Source of the DNA: Lactobacillus sp.
Lineage (GTDB): Bacteria > Bacillota > Bacilli > Lactobacillales > Lactobacillaceae
Direction: 5' to 3'
Length of the DNA stretch: 64,000 bases
NCBI GenBank assembly: GCA_022484695.1
Contig: JAKVKU010000006.1
Span: 76,003-140,002, forward strand
Shown here: positions 59,055 through 64,000 of the stretch, piece by piece
Position numbering within the stretch: position 1 is the first letter of the stretch
Layout: each line of letters starts with the position of its first letter
Notes under the pieces: generated by a model
Databases searched by the model: none
The model's input: only the letters and a program-made list of their open reading frames with translations
What the model was told of the DNA's origin: nothing
Position numbers and translations under genes: made by a program

Positions 59055-59173
59055 AAAATCACCAATTTTCAAGAAAGATAGTTGCTAAAAGGTTAAGAAC
59101 ATAAGCAGAGAGGCCGGGGCAAAAGTAAGTTTTGCCGTCGACCTCTCTAAAAGTTATTGGATTAATAAAGCGT

Positions 59174-60175
59174 TTATGCGCTGGCTTTGACCCGCCGTTT
59201 GAAGATGAAGAAGCTCCAAATGAAGTAAGCCAACATGATCGGTAGTAAGATACAAGCCACAATGGTCATGATCTTCAAAGTATAAGGGGATGCCGAAGCG
59301 TCTTTGATCAACAGGCTGTGGGCTGGATTGTCAGCAATCAAGACCCGTGGGAACAAGCCGTTGAACAATAAGATCACGATGGAACCTAAGGTCAAACCGC
59401 TGGTGATGAAGCCCCAGCCTTCGTGGTCGGCGTATGCACAGTACATGGAGATAGCTGACAAGGCCACGATCAAGACCAAAAGCAATAGGGTAGAAATTGG
59501 ACGTTCTTTGAAGAAGTCTGTGAAGATGAACAAAAGAATTGCAAAGACAACTTCACCGGCAAACAAGACCCAATATAACTTTTCAACGAGGTTTCTAGCC
59601 CGATCTCTTAAGTTGCCGTCAATTTTCAAACGAATGAAGTTCAGGCCGTGGATCAAGCAAAGTAAGGTAACGGCAACGCCACCCACAATGGATAACAAGT
59701 TCACGTTATCCCAGAGGCCAGCGAAGATGTCGCCATTTTTGTCCATTGGTAAACCCTGGATCAAGCTGGTAAACATCATCCCTAATAAGAATGGGGCAAC
59801 GGTACTGCCAATGCACAAAGCCCAATACCAGAAACGGCGGCCCCCAGCAGTTTCAGCGTTGGCGGAGAATTCAAAGGAAACGCCCCGGAAAATCAACGCA
59901 CACAAGGTTAAGAACAAGAGAATGTAGTAACCGGAAAATAGGCTGGCGTACCATAGTGGGAATGAGGCGAACATGGCCCCGCCGGCGGTGATCAACCAGA
60001 CTTCATTGCCATCCCAGTGGGGACCAATGGTGGCGATCAAGGATTCCCGGTCGTCGTCATTTTTAGCTAAAACCCGGGTGGCCATGCCAACACCAAAGTC
60101 AAAGCCCTCTAAGAAGAAGAATCCGATAAATAAAACTGCGATTAAAATGAACCATAATAGTTGTAAGGCACTCAT
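59174..60175 (-). CDS. cydB: Cytochrome bd ubiquinol/menaquinol oxidase subunit II
   Basis: FFLEGFDFG, GPHWDGNEVWL, FRGVSFE, SPYTL. Confidence 0.96.
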   Translation of the reverse strand: MSALQLLWFILIAVLFIGFFFLEGFDFGVGMATRVLAKNDDDRESLIATIGPHWDGNEVWLITAGGAMFASFPLWYASLFSGYYILLFLTLCALIFRGVSFEFSANAETAGGRRFWYWALCIGSTVAPFLLGMMFTSLIQGLPMDKNGDIFAGLWDNVNLLSIVGGVAVTLLCLIHGLNFIRLKIDGNLRDRARNLVEKLYWVLFAGEVVFAILLFIFTDFFKERPISTLLLLVLIVALSAISMYCAYADHEGWGFITSGLTLGSIVILLFNGLFPRVLIADNPAHSLLIKDASASPYTLKIMTIVACILLPIMLAYFIWSFFIFKRRVKASA

Positions 60176-61614
60176 CTTCCAAACGCCTCCTTGCTGAATG
60201 GATCGTTGTTTGCTGTTGCACCATAACCTGCGCCATCATCATCGGGACCTTTGATCATGATCTTTCTAGAATAGAAGACCATCACAGCGCCCATTAAGGA
60301 GAACATCAGGAAGTAAACAATATTTGTAAACCACAATTGACCAGCTGTCGTTGTTGGGGATACCCCATCAGCGATGGTTTGTAAGCCGTAAACCAACCAA
60401 GGGTAACGGCCTAATTCGGTGATTAACCAACCGGCTGAGTTGAAGACAAATGGGGTATAAGTGCAAATCCCTAAGACCCAAAGCAACCAGCGTTTGTTTT
60501 CAATCGTGTTCTTGTTCTTGCGGGTGAAGATCAGACCCAAGATAGACGTGAGCAGTAATAAAGCTGCCCCGCCGGCCATGACTCTGAAGCTCCAGAAGAC
60601 GGTCTTGACAGGGACATAGTAATTCATGTCAGCGCCGAACTTCTTATCATATTTAGCGTGTAACTCTTGATTCAAGGAATTCATCCCTTGAACACTCCCA
60701 GTGGTCTTGTGATAAGCTAACAGGCTCAAAACCTTAGGAATTTCAATCGAACTTTTAGTTTCGTGCTTATCGGTATCAAAACTAGCAATGACTGTCCATG
60801 GGGCTGACTTACCAGTGTCTTTGTAGACCCCTTCAGTAGCGGCAAACTTCATGGGTTGGTCCTTGATAATTTGTTGGGTTTGAAAATCCCCAGCGACGAT
60901 AACAGCAACTGCCGCAAATAAGCTGACCCAAAGGCCGATCCGCATGGATTTCTTGAAGAAATCATGGTTATGCTTGCGCAATAAACCAAAGGCCGCGATC
61001 CCCACGACAACGGTGGCAGCGGTTAAGATTGCCCCGGTAATGACATGGGGGAACACTTTCCAAAGTTGTGGATTGGCGATGATCGCACCAAAACTGGTCA
61101 TTTTAACCCGACCAGTGGCTTGGTTGATTGCAAAGCCAGTTGGATGTTGCATGAAACTGTTGGCTGCTAAGATCCAAATTGCGGAACACATGGAACCGAT
61201 CATGGTCAACCAGATAAACCAAACGTGGACCGCTGGTTTAAACCGATTCCAAGTGAACATCCAGACCCCAATGAAGACTGATTCCATAAAGAATGCTAAC
61301 AGTGCTTCAATGGCTAGTGGGGCGCCAAAGATATCGCCCATGAAACGTGAATAATTAGACCAGTTCATCCCGAACTGGAACTCTTGAATAATACCAGTGA
61401 CAACCCCAACGGCAAAACTCAGTAAGAAAATCTTCCCCCAGAATTGTGCCATCTTCTTATAGGTCTCATCTTTCTTAACCACGTACATGGTTTCCATAAT
61501 AGCGACGACAAATGCCATCCCAATGGAAAATGGTACGAAGAAGAAGTGAAAGACCGTTGTCATTGCGAATTGCCATCGAGCTAATGACAAAACACCAATA
61601 CTCATCAGTGCCAT
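60172..61614 (-). CDS. cydA: Cytochrome bd oxidase subunit I
   Basis: ARWQFAMTTVFHFFFVP, QEFQFGMNW, QPMKFAA.EG, GW..TELGR.PW. GGGAGG RBS favours ATG 61614. Confidence 0.97.
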   Translation of the reverse strand: MALMSIGVLSLARWQFAMTTVFHFFFVPFSIGMAFVVAIMETMYVVKKDETYKKMAQFWGKIFLLSFAVGVVTGIIQEFQFGMNWSNYSRFMGDIFGAPLAIEALLAFFMESVFIGVWMFTWNRFKPAVHVWFIWLTMIGSMCSAIWILAANSFMQHPTGFAINQATGRVKMTSFGAIIANPQLWKVFPHVITGAILTAATVVVGIAAFGLLRKHNHDFFKKSMRIGLWVSLFAAVAVIVAGDFQTQQIIKDQPMKFAATEGVYKDTGKSAPWTVIASFDTDKHETKSSIEIPKVLSLLAYHKTTGSVQGMNSLNQELHAKYDKKFGADMNYYVPVKTVFWSFRVMAGGAALLLLTSILGLIFTRKNKNTIENKRWLLWVLGICTYTPFVFNSAGWLITELGRYPWLVYGLQTIADGVSPTTTAGQLWFTNIVYFLMFSLMGAVMVFYSRKIMIKGPDDDGAGYGATANNDPFSKEAFGR

Positions 61615-61880
61615 ACTAACAACCTCCCTAAAAAACATACAAAAAATCAAATAAAAACTAAGTAGAAAAATTATAATTTATAACTATTATTATTGTAGTT
61701 TGAAAAGCGACAGATAGCAACTAGAAACTGTTTTATATCGGGAATTCTTTGTTAATTTAGCCTAATTCTTATTGAAGAAATTAACCAAATTATTGCCAGT
61801 GTAGCCGATTACATTTGCTTTCAGGGATTTTCAACCAAATATTGGGGAATATGCTAAAATTGAAACTAGAGGTGAGTAAT

Positions 61881-62243
61881 TTGGTGGATGAGACACAATT
61901 GGATTTGGACCAACAGCATCAGATCAAGCGCCGCTATCGGCAACAAAAGCGCCGCTTAACGCCCTTGATTTGGTTGTGGTTATTGGCTGGCCTGTTAGGG
62001 GGCCAGCGCTACTATTTAAAACAGTACCGCTCGGCGGTGGCTATGACCCTGCTTTTACTTTTTGCCCTTAGTGTGGGTTGGTTCACCTGGTACTTATTAG
62101 TGGTTATCAATTTAGGCTGGTGGCTGTATGATGGCTTTCATTTGAAACGCTGGCTGAACCTGGTCAATGCCCAAATTCGCCAACAGCTTGTTCAACAAGT
62201 TGGCCCACCAAGGATGCACCTAACAAATGAGGAGGTAAATTGA
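61881..62243 (+). CDS. TM2/NINE-domain small membrane protein
   Basis: WLWLLAGLLGGQRYYL motif; GAGGTG RBS before TTG 61881/GTG 61884. Confidence 0.75.
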   Translation: MVDETQLDLDQQHQIKRRYRQQKRRLTPLIWLWLLAGLLGGQRYYLKQYRSAVAMTLLLLFALSVGWFTWYLLVVINLGWWLYDGFHLKRWLNLVNAQIRQQLVQQVGPPRMHLTNEEVN

Positions 62244-63094
62244 TGGTTAAGATTCCGAATGTTCTTTTAGCAAATGGGGTACCCATGCCCCAATTGGGTT
62301 TAGGTGTCTTTAAAGTTGACAATGATCAAAATGTTAAAAGCGCGATTAAATGGGCCCTGGATGCCGGTTATCGCATGATCGACACGGCGATGATCTACCA
62401 TAATGAAGAAGCTGTGGGGGAGGCTATCGCTGAAAGTGGCTTGGCCCGTGAAGACCTATTCATCACCTCCAAATTGTGGAATGCGGATCGGGGCTACGAT
62501 CGCACCAAGGCGGCTTTTGAAGCGAGCCTACAGCGGCTGCAGTTGGATTACCTCGATTTGTATCTGATTCATTGGCCCGCCAGTGGTTATATCGAAAGCT
62601 GGCAAGCTATGGAAGAACTCTACGGTGAAAATAAAATCCGAGCCATTGGGGTATCTAACTTTGAAGTCAATCACTTAAATGATTTGATGTCCAAAACGGC
62701 CATTGTACCCATGGTGGATCAATTGGAGACCCATCCTTATTTCCAACAAAAAGCCCTGCATGACTTCCTAGGGCAACATAACATTGTTCATGAAGCCTGG
62801 GGACCCCTGGGCCAAGGCAAGGGCAATTTAATGGCCGATCCAGTCTTGACAGAAATTGCCCAGGCCCATAACAAGTCCGTGGCCCAAGTTATTTTGCGTT
62901 GGCATATTCAACGCCATATTATTGTGATTCCCAAGTCGATTCACCGGGATCGTATCGAAGAAAATGCCGACGTCTTTGATTTTAATCTCACCGAAGCTGA
63001 GATGGCGCAAATCGCAGGCATCGATCAAGGGGCTCGGGGTAGTCGTGACCCTAACGATACAGAATGGTTAGCCTCTACCCAAAATATGGCTTAA
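62240..63094 (+). CDS. Aldo/keto reductase (AKR5/2,5-DKG reductase-like)
   Basis: LGLGVF, GYRMIDTA..Y.NE, ITSKLW, DLYLIHWP, AIGVSNF, IPKS; terminator 63110-63137. Confidence 0.94.
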   Translation: MMVKIPNVLLANGVPMPQLGLGVFKVDNDQNVKSAIKWALDAGYRMIDTAMIYHNEEAVGEAIAESGLAREDLFITSKLWNADRGYDRTKAAFEASLQRLQLDYLDLYLIHWPASGYIESWQAMEELYGENKIRAIGVSNFEVNHLNDLMSKTAIVPMVDQLETHPYFQQKALHDFLGQHNIVHEAWGPLGQGKGNLMADPVLTEIAQAHNKSVAQVILRWHIQRHIIVIPKSIHRDRIEENADVFDFNLTEAEMAQIAGIDQGARGSRDPNDTEWLASTQNMA

Positions 63095-63142
63095 GTGGCC
63101 AAAAAATAGCCCGAGACGATTTTCGTCTCGGGTTTTTACCGT

Positions 63143-63688
63143 TTAAACGGCTTGAATATCATGGATCATGGTCACCAAGCGGTCAATATTCTCGGCCTTG
63201 GTATGACCTTCCGTGTAGAAGATGTATTTCGTAATATGATGACTCAAGTAATGGGTCAAGAATTTCTCAGTGATTTCGGTGTAAATGCCTTGTTTCAATA
63301 GAACTTGCTTGTTAGTTTCTAAATCCGTAGATGGCAGCATCAAAATCATCCGGGTATTGGTGTCCCTAGCTAGGTCTTGAATGTCAGACACTTCATCATC
63401 CGTGGGATCAATGAGAATGCCTGAGCCTAAATCAAACAAGGTACTGTCTTTGGCCGGTAAGATCTCTTTCATCGTGGCGATGGCATAGGGTTTCCAGTAG
63501 CGAAACAAAGCCACTGTGTCATTTTGGCGGATGTATTGTTCGGCTTGTCGGGGATCGTAGCCATATTTGATAAAGTATTGACTGCGGGCTTCATCAATGG
63601 AAAAGTAATTCAGGTTGGTAAGCTTGGCGGCGGCTTTACCCAAGATAGTCTTGCCAACGCCGTGGGGACCAATTAATGCGATATTCAA
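63143..63688 (-). CDS. Shikimate-kinase-like P-loop protein
   Basis: IALIGPHGVGKT Walker A, DLGSG. TTG 63688 after GAGG. Confidence 0.75.
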   Translation of the reverse strand: MNIALIGPHGVGKTILGKAAAKLTNLNYFSIDEARSQYFIKYGYDPRQAEQYIRQNDTVALFRYWKPYAIATMKEILPAKDSTLFDLGSGILIDPTDDEVSDIQDLARDTNTRMILMLPSTDLETNKQVLLKQGIYTEITEKFLTHYLSHHITKYIFYTEGHTKAENIDRLVTMIHDIQAV

Positions 63689-63781
63689 TTTAGAAAACCT
63701 CCACTGTTTTCGTTGTGTTAGCGCACGATATGAACTATTCGATAAGTATATGTTACAAATAATCATTATAAATTACAATTA

Positions 63782-63807
63782 AAAAGCCACCGGAAAGGGT
63801 GACTTTT
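63782..63807 (-). terminator. Terminator after the CDF gene
   Basis: Minus strand AAAAGTCACC-CTTTCC-GGTGGCTTTT. Confidence 0.7.
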
Positions 63808-63838
63808 ACAAGTTTTTTTGAAAGCAATGGTAGTGCGG

Positions 63839-64000
63839 TTAAATGCAGTGGTCGGTGGACTCATCAGAGATTTTGCCCAGTTCAACTTGAATTGTAGTGT
63901 GATTGAGGTCAAAATTATGGGTGAGTTCATGATCCAAGCGGCGGATAAAGTCATTATTATGGTTTAAGGTGGTCCGGATAACGTGGGCGGTCAAGGCATT
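63839..64000 (-). CDS. 3' end of a cation diffusion facilitator (CzcD-like) transporter, not in the ORF track
   Basis: Manual translation from 64000: NALTAHVIRTTLNHNNDFIRRLDHELTHNFDLNHTTIQVELGKISDESTDHCI*; ALTAHV...HTTIQVE is the CDF C-terminal signature. Confidence 0.85.
   Translation of the reverse strand, partial: NALTAHVIRTTLNHNNDFIRRLDHELTHNFDLNHTTIQVELGKISDESTDHCI

Noticed and set aside
61620-61800. Rex box expected upstream of cydA (and nox)
   Set aside because: No convincing TTGTGAA-N4-TTCACAA found; only AT-rich TTATAATTTATAA and a weak cre-like TGAAAAGCGACAGA.
237-63028. The many 60-230 aa ORFs antisense to or nested in confident genes (e.g. 13039-13701, 27644-28186, 38140-38832, 59304-59927)
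   Set aside because: Shadow ORFs of well-supported CDSs, with no RBS or family motifs.
63766-63954. 62-aa ORF in the track
   Set aside because: Wrong frame; it overlaps the real CDF C-terminus (63839-64000) and its terminator.
1-64000. CRISPR arrays, tRNA/rRNA genes, prophage, integrase or defence genes
   Set aside because: No regularly spaced repeats, RNA-gene signatures or such proteins were recognised; TnpB is the only Cas12-related gene.

Overview
Chromosomal window from a lactic acid bacterium (Lactobacillaceae-like gene content; genus not determinable from sequence alone). It opens in the 3' part of an IS200/IS605-family tnpB with intact RuvC motifs, followed by about 237 nt of structured non-coding sequence (candidate omega/reRNA and right end). 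The rest is mostly metabolism, transport and redox stress. It contains ahpC with a TrxR-AhpF fusion, nox, an FNT channel, an L-lactate permease, and a PfoR-like EIIC-sdaAB-sdaAA serine operon with a PAS-HTH regulator. It also has an ECF thiamine-precursor transporter and tenA under two back-to-back TPP riboswitches, ackA, an oligo-1,6-glucosidase, busR-busAA-busAB, and a compact respiratory cluster (lutABC, hemH, menA, polyprenyl synthase, cydABDC). I found no CRISPR array, tRNA/rRNA, prophage or recognisable defence system. The most notable signals are non-coding or easy to miss. (1) A 14-bp palindrome, TAGGG-N4-CCCTA-like, lies upstream of the FNT channel, the lactate permease and lutABC, each followed by a cre-like site (candidate lactate regulon). 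(2) A highly structured leader ends immediately before the RBS of a DHA2 efflux pump. (3) An 18-bp palindrome is shared by the serine operon and its PAS-HTH regulator. (4) ecfT appears to start with ATC. (5) A coiled-coil/half-GT4 fusion is coupled to a GT2 synthase. All motif and structure calls were made by eye, without database searches.
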